Shown: piece after piece, positions 28,862 through 37,367 of the stretch
Layout of the letters: the number at the start of each line of letters is the position of its first letter
Position numbering within the stretch: position 1 is the stretch's first letter
Origin: Ignavibacteria bacterium
GTDB lineage: Bacteria; Bacteroidota; Ignavibacteria; Tepidaquicellales; OLB5
Direction: 5' to 3'
Assembly: GCA_039933555.1 (NCBI GenBank)
Contig: JBDTNV010000004.1
Location: 1-54,861 of the forward strand
Length of the DNA stretch: 54,861 nt
The notes under the pieces: model-generated
Told to the model about the DNA's origin: nothing
Databases searched by the model: none
What the model saw: only the letters and a program-made list of their open reading frames with translations
Translations under genes and position numbers: made by a program

Positions 28862-29406
28862 ATGGAAATTAATATTTCAGAATTTAAGGCCGATGAAAAA
28901 GATAAGCTTTTGGATTTCCTGACAGGTGACCGCTGGGAATTTCATTCCTCCCCGGTTATGAGTAAAGAAACAATATTAAAGTTTCTTGAAAATGGCCATT
29001 TTATCGGGGCCGGAAAAAGAACCTTCTGGATCTCTGCTGATTGCAGGAATATTGGTATGATACGGCTTTTGACTTAGGTGATGATAAGCTTGATGATGAA
29101 ACACCTTTGTTCGATATTAAGATCACACATTCATACCGGGGCAAAGGCGTTGGAGTCCGGGCTTTGAACTGGCTGATGAATTTTGTTTTTACAAACTATC
29201 CCTGCAAAAACCGTTTTGAAGCAACTACACATATTGATAACATACCTATGCCAAAAGTATTTGAAAAATGAGGCTTCGTGAAAGAGGCTCATTACAGGTT
29301 GGCGTGGCCGGATAAAGACGGCAACAGGTTTGATTGCACAGGTTATGCAATTTTACGGCAGGATTGGATAAATAAAACAAAAACTAAAGTAGATTGGGAA
29401 AAATAA
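28862..29406 (+). pseudogene. GNAT N-acetyltransferase pseudogene (frameshift and nonsense)
   Basis: One T missing in run 29067-29070 (IRL|FDLG) and TGA at 29269-29271 in KVFEK*GFVKEAHYR; frame continues to TAA at 29404-29406. Confidence 0.85.
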
Positions 29407-29429
29407 CTAACGAAAATAGGGCGTTTATG

Positions 29430-29789
29430 TTAGATCTTTTCTAAAGTTGTTTTTGTTAATTTACCTTTTGTATTACCTGTATTTAAAGTACCAGCCGGCT
29501 CAAATAACATCACATGCACTTCTTCTTCGGCATAAGGACAATGTTCAACACCTTTGGGAATAATAATAAACTCATTCTCATTAATTTCAATATCACCATC
29601 TCTCAGCTGCATTGTGAATGTTCCATTTAGCACATAGAACATCTCATCTTCATTATCATGTTTATGCCAAACAAATTCACCTTTAAATTTTACAAGCTTT
29701 ACGTGCTGAGAATTTAATTCACCGATAATTTTTGGGTCCCAGTATTCTTTAATAAGTGAAAGCTTTTGGTCTGTGCTGACTTTTTCCAT
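29430..29789 (-). CDS. Cupin domain protein
   Basis: GEFVWHKHDNEDEMFYV, PKGVEHCP, LNTGN. Confidence 0.9.
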   Translation of the reverse strand: MEKVSTDQKLSLIKEYWDPKIIGELNSQHVKLVKFKGEFVWHKHDNEDEMFYVLNGTFTMQLRDGDIEINENEFIIIPKGVEHCPYAEEEVHVMLFEPAGTLNTGNTKGKLTKTTLEKI

Positions 29790-29799
29790 GCAGATATAT

Positions 29800-30321
29800 T
29801 TAATTGCTTAACTCTTTGTAATATAACATTAATGATTCAGTGTCACCGGGCAGATGAATGGTTTTTTCAAACTTCATCCCCAGTTTTTCAAGTAATTTAA
29901 TTGAAGAATTATTATAAGTGGCTGTAATTGCTGCGACCCTGAATAATTTTAATTTGTCCTTTGCATATTTCAAAACACCCTCGGCAGCTTCAAATGCGTA
30001 ACCGTTGTTTTCAAACCGGGGAAGGAGGGCAAAGCCGATATCTATATCATCCAGGCTATCTCGTTTAACAAGTCCGCACATTCCCGCCTTAGCATTACTT
30101 GATTTTATTACTATTAAATAAAAACCGAACCCGGTTTCTGAATAACTTTTCCGGATTCGGCTTTCGATATAATTTACTGCGTCTTCAGTTGTCTCAATTT
30201 TACGGCTTCCGATGTATTTAAGCCAGCCAGGAGTGTTCAATAACTCATGAATAAAATCTCCGTCATCTGAGCTGAACTCCCGCAATATGAGCCTTGGGGT
30301 TTCAATAACTGCCGTGGCCAT
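29800..30321 (-). CDS. GNAT N-acetyltransferase
   Basis: ETPRLILR, GMCGLVKR, DIGFA, GYAFEA, N..SIKLLEKLGM. Confidence 0.9.
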   Translation of the reverse strand: MATAVIETPRLILREFSSDDGDFIHELLNTPGWLKYIGSRKIETTEDAVNYIESRIRKSYSETGFGFYLIVIKSSNAKAGMCGLVKRDSLDDIDIGFALLPRFENNGYAFEAAEGVLKYAKDKLKLFRVAAITATYNNSSIKLLEKLGMKFEKTIHLPGDTESLMLYYKELSN

Positions 30322-30335
30322 TAATTGTAATAGAT

Positions 30336-30677
30336 TTACTGAAACTTGTAAACTTTTGAATTACCCTGGAGAAGCTCTTTTGCTTCCTTCCACCCGGGAA
30401 AGCTTTCTGAATTGTAAGTAAAAGTCATTACCTCAGTTGCGATTTTTCCCGTTTGCCTCATTGCTTCTAAATGAGCCCCTCTTTTAGCAAATCTCTTCTG
30501 GTCTTCGGGGGTTTTCCATGCCGAAAGTGTGTAGTGGTCATATCCAAAACCGGTATTTTTCATTTTAATGAAACCGTTTTCGGATTTCATTTGCTTAACA
30601 ATTTTGTAACCAAACACTGTTAGCCTAAAATAATACCAGAGACTCCTTAGTTTAATTGAAGTTACTGTTATTATCAT
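30336..30677 (-). CDS. DUF3291-like dimeric alpha-beta barrel protein
   Basis: YTLSAW...KRFA..GAHLEAM, FP.WKEA. Confidence 0.65.
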   Translation of the reverse strand: MIITVTSIKLRSLWYYFRLTVFGYKIVKQMKSENGFIKMKNTGFGYDHYTLSAWKTPEDQKRFAKRGAHLEAMRQTGKIATEVMTFTYNSESFPGWKEAKELLQGNSKVYKFQ

Positions 30678-30692
30678 AAAAAAGAGAAGGTG

Positions 30693-31265
30693 CTATTTTA
30701 CATTTATAATGTAATACCTATACTCGTCACCCTTTGCATCGTGTATTACTTCCCACTTTGCACTATAAGTACCGCTTAATTCAATCGGACCGCCATGTAT
30801 CAAAAATGGCTGTATTTCATCTTTTGTAACCGATCCGATATTTACAGTTTCACCGGCGAATTTTTTATAAATTCCGCCGTTGGTTGATTCCCAGATATTC
30901 TTTCGTTTGGTTAAGAATACAGAAGTGCATGTATCGTAACCGTGCTCTTTTAACTGTTCGAGGAACTTAATATCAAGTACATGCCTGTAAAGATCTATAT
31001 GGCTCGCATTTTCATCCTTGGGCATCTTAAGCTCAACAACGTGCTTTTGAACGCCGCTTTCAATTATATAAAGATCAGCATCTTTGTTTGCAAGTTTAGG
31101 TATGGGGTTAAACATTCTGGATACAGGGTAATTGAGCTTAACATTCAGATCAGGATAATATTTTTTAAGGAAAAGTCCGAGTTCATGATGCAGCCCGGCT
31201 TCATTGTACAGTTCTATTGGGAATTGTGAAAAATTTTTAAAGAAGTGTTGTATAATTTCATGCAT
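30693..31265 (-). CDS. Hypothetical protein, probable PD-(D/E)XK nuclease fold
   Basis: N-terminal helix NEAGLHHEL, ADLYII, VVELK, DIKFLEQL; own TATATTTG box at 31333-31340. Confidence 0.6.
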   Translation of the reverse strand: MHEIIQHFFKNFSQFPIELYNEAGLHHELGLFLKKYYPDLNVKLNYPVSRMFNPIPKLANKDADLYIIESGVQKHVVELKMPKDENASHIDLYRHVLDIKFLEQLKEHGYDTCTSVFLTKRKNIWESTNGGIYKKFAGETVNIGSVTKDEIQPFLIHGGPIELSGTYSAKWEVIHDAKGDEYRYYIINVK

Positions 31266-31517
31266 GGTAATAAACGTTTAGATATAGTTTCATAATAAAT
31301 TTTCTTTTTTTCATTCTATCGGTAAGTGGCTTCAAATATACCAAATACTGAAATAAAATTTTCTGTATAAATTAATACACTATAAAATGAAGATTTTATC
31401 ATAATTTCAATTATTTATGTAGTATTTCTGATGTACTACCTGTAATAAAGTTGAGTTTTTTAAAGTTTTATGCGAATTTACTTATCCTAAATATTGCCAT
31501 TTGATTATATGCAAACT

Positions 31518-32030
31518 TTACAAATATCTTTTCCTGATAACCTCCATATGATGTAACGGGTGACCTATCAATACAAAACCTACTGCGCGCGCTGTTATAG
31601 GGTGAGTTTCTGTTTTTGCACGCGATGAAGAAGCTTCATCGCTAAGATTTTCGAAAAACAATTCAGTTGCTGCCCGCAATGATCGGAATTCTGAAATAAT
31701 ACTCTCAAGTGTTCTTCCTGTTACATCCACATTCCGAGCGTAAAGGTCTTCTTCCATATTACATAACAGGGTATTGTTATCGCCCCTTGCAGCCACCAAA
31801 GCCCTGTAGCACATTACGCGTTCAGTATCGGTAATATGCATCAAGATATCTTTAATGCTCCATTTACCATCTGCATATCTGTAAATATGTTTTTCTTCAG
31901 GTATATTTCCGAAAAAGTGTAATATTTCCCTGGAATTTTCTTTAAGCAGTTTTATAAAGTCACCCTCAGGTACAAGTGAAATGTACCTGTTGAAATACGG
32001 GTTATATTCTTCCTTTTCCGGTTTTCTCAT
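31518..32030 (-). CDS. DinB family protein
   Basis: Y..GKWSIK...H..D.ER...YRAL, GH..HH. Confidence 0.9.
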   Translation of the reverse strand: MRKPEKEEYNPYFNRYISLVPEGDFIKLLKENSREILHFFGNIPEEKHIYRYADGKWSIKDILMHITDTERVMCYRALVAARGDNNTLLCNMEEDLYARNVDVTGRTLESIISEFRSLRAATELFFENLSDEASSSRAKTETHPITARAVGFVLIGHPLHHMEVIRKRYL

Positions 32031-32038
32031 AAATATAA

Positions 32039-32350
32039 TTACTTTAAATTGACATCACTATCAAGAATCCTTTTCCATTCAGGATGCCTTTTAATATAAG
32101 ATGCTGCGAACGGACAAAGCGGTATAAGCTTAAGGCCGCGGGCTTCAATTTCTACCAGTGCCAGCTTAATAATTTCGGAGCCTATTCCTTTCCCTTCCAG
32201 TTCAAGCGGAACTTCTGTATGGGTTAAGAATATTTTATTTCCCGCTATCATATATTCTACTCTTGACGTAAACCCATCAGTAACAAGCTCAAACTGTTTC
32301 CGTTCTTTGTTATCTTTCAGCTTTGAATGATTATTCTCTTTACTATCCAT
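32039..32350 (-). CDS. Small GNAT acetyltransferase (YjdJ-like)
   Basis: LTHTEVP..LEGKGIG, IPLCPFAASYIKRHPE. Confidence 0.9.
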   Translation of the reverse strand: MDSKENNHSKLKDNKERKQFELVTDGFTSRVEYMIAGNKIFLTHTEVPLELEGKGIGSEIIKLALVEIEARGLKLIPLCPFAASYIKRHPEWKRILDSDVNLK

Positions 32351-32411
32351 TTTTCTGCAAAATCAAACTATATCTGTAAATTATCAAGTTATAATACTGT
32401 ATACACTCATT

Positions 32412-32448
32412 AAAAAAACTGCCGCAGTTCATGTGAGCCCGGCAGTTT
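32412..32448 (-). terminator. Intrinsic terminator of the ArsR-SRPBCC operon
   Basis: AAACTGCCG (32416-32424) / CGGCAGTTT (32440-32448), U-tract on minus strand. Confidence 0.75.
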
Positions 32449-32474
32449 CTAAAATAAATATAAAATGTTAATTA

Positions 32475-32945
32475 TCAGGACTGCATTTTTGCAAGATACT
32501 TCTCAAGGTTTCCGATATGCTGTTTTGCGCCTTCAAACACATGGTATTCTTTATTGAGCTCCTCAAGTATTTCTTCTGTTTCGAAAACTGAGTGCATTGT
32601 TATAACTGTTTTACCGTCTTCATCTGCGAAAAGCACTTCGACATTAAAACTAACAATATCATTATCACCGGAATGTATATAAACAAGTCTTTCAGGCTTT
32701 ACTACTTCTATAAATTTTATTCTATTTGGGTAATCCCTGCCATCGGGTCCGTGCATAGTATAAATCCACTCGCCTCCGGCTTTCACTTCCATTTTTTCTG
32801 TTGTGGTCGTGAAGCCATCGGGTCCCCACCACTGGCCTGCATGTTCGGGATTTGTCCATACTTTATAAACAAGCTCTCTTGGTGCGTCAAGGGTCCTTCT
32901 AAGAATCACTTCTTTCCCCCGTTTGATATGCTGATCTTCTGCCAT
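32475..32945 (-). CDS. SRPBCC (AHSA1) domain protein
   Basis: R.LDAPRELVYK.WT, WWGPDGF, MHGPDG.DYPN, PERLVY. Confidence 0.92.
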   Translation of the reverse strand: MAEDQHIKRGKEVILRRTLDAPRELVYKVWTNPEHAGQWWGPDGFTTTTEKMEVKAGGEWIYTMHGPDGRDYPNRIKFIEVVKPERLVYIHSGDNDIVSFNVEVLFADEDGKTVITMHSVFETEEILEELNKEYHVFEGAKQHIGNLEKYLAKMQS

Positions 32946-32977
32946 TTATTTATATTATTTAATTTACTGGATAATAT

Positions 32978-33412
32978 TTAATTTTTATTGTTTTTTCTGC
33001 CGAAAAACAGGTTATCAAGACTGTATTTGCCTGCACCGATAAATATCAATCCCATAAGAACAGAAAAAAGCTCCATAGGGTGAATTGCAATATACCACGG
33101 GTCAAGCGCGGAGAGATGCGTCATGAATGCCATTAACATTGTGAATGCCATAAAAGCTGCAGCTATTCGTGTGAATAATCCAAGAAGAATAAGTATGCCG
33201 CCGAAGAACTCGCTTGCCGCCGCCATGAATCCCCAGAATAGAGGTGCAAAGTTGATTCCGACTTTTGACATAGTTGCCCCGATCATAACCCACATTTCTG
33301 GACCGGCCTCGATCTTCATCAGACCATAAATAAAAACATATGCCATACCAATACCAATTCTCATAAACAGGATCCCGGCATCACTATACTTGATAAGAAA
33401 ATTTTTGACCAT
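32978..33412 (-). CDS. DoxX family membrane protein
   Basis: L.MRIGIG, EFFGG.LI.LGLFTR.AA, GAGKYSLD. Confidence 0.9.
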   Translation of the reverse strand: MVKNFLIKYSDAGILFMRIGIGMAYVFIYGLMKIEAGPEMWVMIGATMSKVGINFAPLFWGFMAAASEFFGGILILLGLFTRIAAAFMAFTMLMAFMTHLSALDPWYIAIHPMELFSVLMGLIFIGAGKYSLDNLFFGRKNNKN

Positions 33413-33450
33413 TTTATAGTAATAAATTGATTATTGAATATGCAATTAAA

Positions 33451-33950
33451 TTATTCAAAACTTACTGCCATTTTATTGAATGCTTCATTCCACACTCTTT
33501 CAGCCATCTGTTTCATTTCATCTTCCTCAATTCCTTCGTGAATTAAAGTCATAATTGTTTTCTTATTTTTTTCAACAAGCAGAACAGTTACCTTTACATA
33601 TTGAGGCAGTTCCGGTGAAAATTCATTTTCGGGCGGTGTTAAAACATTGCCATCTTTATCGGAAAATGCATCAGTGTAAACAAGCTTTTCGGGAGCCGAT
33701 ATTTCAAGGAATTCGCCCGTTGTCCAGTATTCCTTTCCTTTAGGTGAGCGCATACAGAATAAATACCTGCCTCCTACTTTCAGATCAATTTTGCAAAACG
33801 GGCTGGTATAGCTTTCGGGTCCCCACCATTTTTGATGATGTTCCTCATCTGTCCAGGCTTTCCAAACCATTTCTCTTGGCGCATCAAACTCCCTGACTAT
33901 TACAAGCTTTTTCTCTGTATTTCCTGTACTTCTTTTTCTTCTACCTGCAT
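33451..33950 (-). pseudogene. SRPBCC domain protein with 5' frameshift
   Basis: Natural ATG at 33950 reads MQVEEKEVQEIQRKSL*, one base out of frame with EKKLVIVREFDAPRE...; span is 500 nt. May be a sequencing error. Confidence 0.65.
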
Positions 33951-33988
33951 GACCAAATAATTTTAATTTTTGAATGAAGTTCTTAAAT

Positions 33989-34459
33989 TTAATTAAAGCT
34001 TGCTTCCATTTTATCAATTGATGTGTTCCAGCCGATATTGGCACCTGTAATATGTTCACCTTCAGGCAGGCCTTCATGGATCAGTGTCATTTCTGTTTTC
34101 CCGTTTATTTCCTTTAATATTACAGTCACTAACATTTCCAGCGGAACATCTTTCATCCCGTACGCTTCAGATGATACTACGTTCCCATTCTCATCTGCAA
34201 AACAATCCGTGAAAACTATTTTTTCAAATGGGATTATTTCTTTGTAAACGCCGGTTGCCCATATCTTTTGCCCCTTATCATCCATCATACTTGCGAGAAA
34301 TTTCCCGCCTACCTTGAAATCGATACTGCAGTCAGGGCATGAAAATTCTTTGGGACCCCACCATTTTTTAAAATGTTCAGGGTCACTCCATGCATGCCAA
34401 ACCTGTTCCCTTGAGGCATTGAAATTTCTTACTATTTTTAATTCATTCTGTTTTTTCAT
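33989..34459 (-). CDS. SRPBCC (AHSA1) domain protein
   Basis: R.FNA.RE.VW.AW, WWGPK.F, DFKVGG, GWN.S.DK. Confidence 0.92.
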   Translation of the reverse strand: MKKQNELKIVRNFNASREQVWHAWSDPEHFKKWWGPKEFSCPDCSIDFKVGGKFLASMMDDKGQKIWATGVYKEIIPFEKIVFTDCFADENGNVVSSEAYGMKDVPLEMLVTVILKEINGKTEMTLIHEGLPEGEHITGANIGWNTSIDKMEASFN

Positions 34460-34487
34460 GATAATAAAATATAATTATTGGATTTAT

Positions 34488-34835
34488 TTATTTAATGTCT
34501 GTTAGGTATGAGCGCATTTCCTTAATTTTGCCATCTTGCAGCCTGTAAATATCAAAGAACCTGCATGAAAACGGACTGCCATTTTTTTTTGTGCTCTTAA
34601 CGGAACCTTCAACTGCAGCCAGGTCTCCATCTTCAAGCTCATTTATTATGGTAATTGCGGGTTTGCCTGTAAATGCGTCATTATTTATTTCCCTGCGGAA
34701 GGCTTCTTTGCCTTTGTGATCAAAGAATCCCGGACATTCCCATGTGACATCATCAGTTACATAGCTTAATATTGCCTCAGTATCACCGGAATTAAAACCT
34801 TCATTTACTTTTCCTACAATTTCTTTGTTAGTCAT
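34488..34835 (-). CDS. NTF2/SnoaL-like protein
   Basis: DDVTW, GKEA, D.YRLQDGKIKEMRSY. Confidence 0.85.
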   Translation of the reverse strand: MTNKEIVGKVNEGFNSGDTEAILSYVTDDVTWECPGFFDHKGKEAFRREINNDAFTGKPAITIINELEDGDLAAVEGSVKSTKKNGSPFSCRFFDIYRLQDGKIKEMRSYLTDIK

Positions 34836-34837
34836 TT

Positions 34838-35176
34838 TTAATTTTCCTTTTTAGCTGCAGTATTTTTATTCTGTAATTTATCCAGGTATGCTTCCAGGGA
34901 GTCAAGCTTCTGGTTCCATAGTTTCCTGTATTGCTCAATCCAGTCTGATACGGTTAAAAGCTTTTCCATTTTCGCATGGCAGTAACGCTCACGTCCGGCC
35001 TGTTTTATTTCTACCAAACCTGCCTCACGAAGTATTTTAATATGCTTATATACCGCCGCGCGGCTAATTTTAAAATTACCGGATACAGTGTTAACGTTCA
35101 ATGATTGGTATGCGATCATTCCCAAAATTTCTCTTCTGGTAGGATCAGCAATTGCCTGAAATACGTCTCTTGTCAT
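34838..35176 (-). CDS. ArsR/SmtB family transcriptional repressor
   Basis: DVFQAIADPTRREIL, SR.AV.KH.KIL.EAGLV, GRER. Confidence 0.95.
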   Translation of the reverse strand: MTRDVFQAIADPTRREILGMIAYQSLNVNTVSGNFKISRAAVYKHIKILREAGLVEIKQAGRERYCHAKMEKLLTVSDWIEQYRKLWNQKLDSLEAYLDKLQNKNTAAKKEN

Positions 35177-35194
35177 TTTAATATGTTAAATTTA

Positions 35195-35242
35195 ATATGA
35201 AACCTTATGGTTGCGAATATATATGAAACCTTTTGGTTTCGC
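35195..35242. promoter_or_regulatory. Tandem palindromic ArsR operators
   Basis: ATATGAAACCTTATGGTTGC (35195) and ATATGAAACCTTTTGGTTTC (35221), 26 bp apart, each GAAACC-N4-GGTTKC; -7-like TATATTCG between them on minus strand. Confidence 0.8.
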
Positions 35243-35390
35243 AAGTGATTTGGAAAATATATTTTGATAAAGATATGTTATTATTTAGTATAAAGGTAAG
35301 ATTTTTTGGTGCAAATTACTTTTCTGATATAACGATCCTTAATGTGCCGTGGAGCTTGGGCTCATTTTTCAGATTCATTATCGACGATCA

Positions 35391-35420
35391 ATCTCACGCT
35401 AAAACGCAAAGGCGCCAAAA
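35391..35420 (+). repeat. 8-nt periodic repeat, copy A
   Basis: ATCT-CACGCTAA-AACGCAAA-GGCGCCAA, 12 nt from the GxxExxY stop. Confidence 0.8.
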
Positions 35421-35432
35421 AAAGAATAACTT

Positions 35433-35819
35433 TCATAAATTATTTACTACTCGTTTTATTCCGTCTTTTATAAGGTTTGTATTAAAATTTATCAGCAGAC
35501 CCAACTTAATATTGGTTAATTTTAAATAAGTTAACAATTGCTTATGATGTACCGCCTTAAGAGATTCTGCTGATTTAATTTCAATAATAACTTTTTCTTC
35601 TACAATAATATCTGCAATAAATCCAATATTTAATTGCACATTTTCATACATGATGCCAATGGGCTTTTGTCTTTCAAAGTTTAAATTGTTTCTTATTAGT
35701 TCAAAACATAAGACCTCTTCGTAAACTGATTCTAATAGACCTGGACCTAAATTTTTATGAACTTTAAAACAACAATCAACAATAATTTTTGATAATTCAT
35801 TTTCCGTCATCTTTATCAA
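35433..35819 (-). CDS. GxxExxY protein (PD-(D/E)XK nuclease-like)
   Basis: VH..LGPGLLESVYE, ADIIVE.KVIIEIKS, QLLTYLK, GLLINFN. Confidence 0.95.
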   Translation of the reverse strand: MIKMTENELSKIIVDCCFKVHKNLGPGLLESVYEEVLCFELIRNNLNFERQKPIGIMYENVQLNIGFIADIIVEEKVIIEIKSAESLKAVHHKQLLTYLKLTNIKLGLLINFNTNLIKDGIKRVVNNL

Positions 35820-35843
35820 TACTAAATATTGTTATTCGTTTAA

Positions 35844-35868
35844 CTTTGCTTTGTTTTGCGTCTTTGCT
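35844..35868 (-). repeat. 8-nt periodic repeat, copy B (inverted, degenerate)
   Basis: CTTTGCTT-TG-TTTTGCGT-CTTTGCT on plus strand. Confidence 0.6.
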
Positions 35869-35882
35869 ATAAACAAACATAT

Positions 35883-35912
35883 ATCTCACGCAAAGCCGCT
35901 AAGTCGCAAAGA
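35883..35912 (+). repeat. 8-nt periodic repeat, copy C
   Basis: ATCT-CACGCAAA-GCCGCTAA-GTCGCAAA-GA. Confidence 0.8.
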
Positions 35913-36010
35913 ATTAATTGGATCATTTTAATTATCTCGCAATATATATTTATTCTTTATAAAATTTACAATTAATTTAAACTATACAATATAATATCGG
36001 TGAAAAAAGC

Positions 36011-36038
36011 CTTGGCGTCTTTGCGTCTCTGCGAGAAA
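36011..36038 (-). repeat. 8-nt periodic repeat, copy D (inverted)
   Basis: CTTGGCGT-CTTTGCGT-CTCTGCGA-GAAA on plus strand, abutting the HIT gene stop codon. Confidence 0.8.
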
Positions 36039-36485
36039 TTAAGAACTTAAATCAAACTTTAATTTCCTGCTAAGGTCAATTATCTCATCTTTTGAAATTG
36101 ATTCTTCTTCGGTAGGTTTTAAATAATTAAAAGCTTTTGAACCCGTGTACTCAGGATTAAAATCTTTGTTCTTTGGTATTACATGAAAGTGTACATGCCT
36201 GAATCCCTCCATTTCCGCAAAACAGCAGGAGTATTCTTTTTCTGTATGGAATAATTTATGCAGAATATTTATAAGCCTGAAATTTATTTCACCAAGCTCA
36301 TGCCATTCTTCAATGGTAAGCTCATGAAGCTTATCGGTATGGCGCTTAAGCACAATAACTACCCATCCTAATAGACCCGTTGGATAGACATGCTCCGCCT
36401 GCCAATAGATGCCGTCATAAATTACTTCACCCGGACTTATTCTTTTTTCACCGCTGTTAGAAAGACACGATAAACATTCCTGCAT
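36039..36485 (-). CDS. HIT family protein
   Basis: N-terminal CxxC, histidine triad HVHFH.IP. Confidence 0.85.
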   Translation of the reverse strand: MQECLSCLSNSGEKRISPGEVIYDGIYWQAEHVYPTGLLGWVVIVLKRHTDKLHELTIEEWHELGEINFRLINILHKLFHTEKEYSCCFAEMEGFRHVHFHVIPKNKDFNPEYTGSKAFNYLKPTEEESISKDEIIDLSRKLKFDLSS

Positions 36486-36563
36486 ACTAATAAAAATATA
36501 CTATTGATTTATATTCTTTTTGTAAAGGTTTAGGCAATCCGTTTAATTTCTCTTAACCAATTC

Positions 36564-36815
36564 TCAGATCTTACCGGCATAAAGATCAGCCATTGGGAAA
36601 GTCATTTCTATGCTCTTCCATATAAGGTTGCCGTCAACAATAAAAAAATTCCTGAATTTTCCTTTATCAAGATACTTATTGATATTGGCAACAGGTGATT
36701 TTATCAGATAAGGCTCAAAATTTATTGTCTTTGAGCTCGAGTCATTAAATGTCATCTCAATTGAGTAACCGGTGGTATAATGTGCTTCTGTTATTTTGAT
36801 GGATTCGGGTTCCAT
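36564..36815 (-). CDS. DUF2442 domain-containing protein
   Basis: Y.I...FND.....I.F....F.....GNLIW...F....LY pattern, 83 aa. Confidence 0.7.
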   Translation of the reverse strand: MEPESIKITEAHYTTGYSIEMTFNDSSSKTINFEPYLIKSPVANINKYLDKGKFRNFFIVDGNLIWKSIEMTFPMADLYAGKI

Positions 36816-36914
36816 GTTCTTTGTTCCTGTTCATTTAATTTCAATAATATAGCCAACAATAAAATATTTAACTATATAAATCCTTGTAATTGCTGCATTA
36901 TAAGCTTAAATCAA

Positions 36915-37295
36915 TCATTCTCTTTCAATTACAGAGAGAATATTCCCAGCCGGGTCACAGAACCACGCAATTGTTGGCCCGTTACCACGCATTATTCCTT
37001 TACTATCTGTTTTGAGCTCTTTCTCATCATACTTAATAAATTCAACTCCGCGTTTTGTAAGCTCATCAACCGCTTCATCAACATTTGCTACGGGGAAATT
37101 TAGAATTGTATAATCTGCAGGAGTATGGTTGGGCTTGGGATAAATGATTATATCCGTTTTACCGCCTATTTTTAGACTTAATATTCCCATTACACCATCT
37201 ATGACATCCATACCTAAGGTTGTCCCGTAGAATTCCTTTGCTTTTTCAATATCGTTAACAGAAAATCCGCTGAATGCATTATTCGGGTCAAACAT
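36915..37295 (-). CDS. VOC family protein
   Basis: [40 protein letters not shown]. Confidence 0.92.
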   Translation of the reverse strand: MFDPNNAFSGFSVNDIEKAKEFYGTTLGMDVIDGVMGILSLKIGGKTDIIIYPKPNHTPADYTILNFPVANVDEAVDELTKRGVEFIKYDEKELKTDSKGIMRGNGPTIAWFCDPAGNILSVIERE

Positions 37296-37367
37296 AACAT
37301 GCTCCTTGTTTGTTTATATAATTAACATTTCAAAGTTGCAAAAGGGTTCTTTGTGAAATAATCATGT

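Noticed and set aside
29269-29300. In-frame TGA at a Cys-like position in the GNAT gene as possible selenocysteine
   Set aside because: The gene is already frameshifted upstream, the position is not a known redox site, and the only local hairpin includes the TGA itself rather than lying downstream like a bacterial SECIS
35233-35529. 98-aa plus-strand ORF containing HAKTQRRQ
   Set aside because: Spans the ArsR operator region, translates repeat A and overlaps GxxExxY antisense; likely spurious
35391-36038. Repeats as a CRISPR array or classical IS terminal inverted repeats
   Set aside because: Copies alternate in orientation, are internally periodic and irregularly spaced; no cas or DDE/HUH transposase gene and no clear target-site duplication
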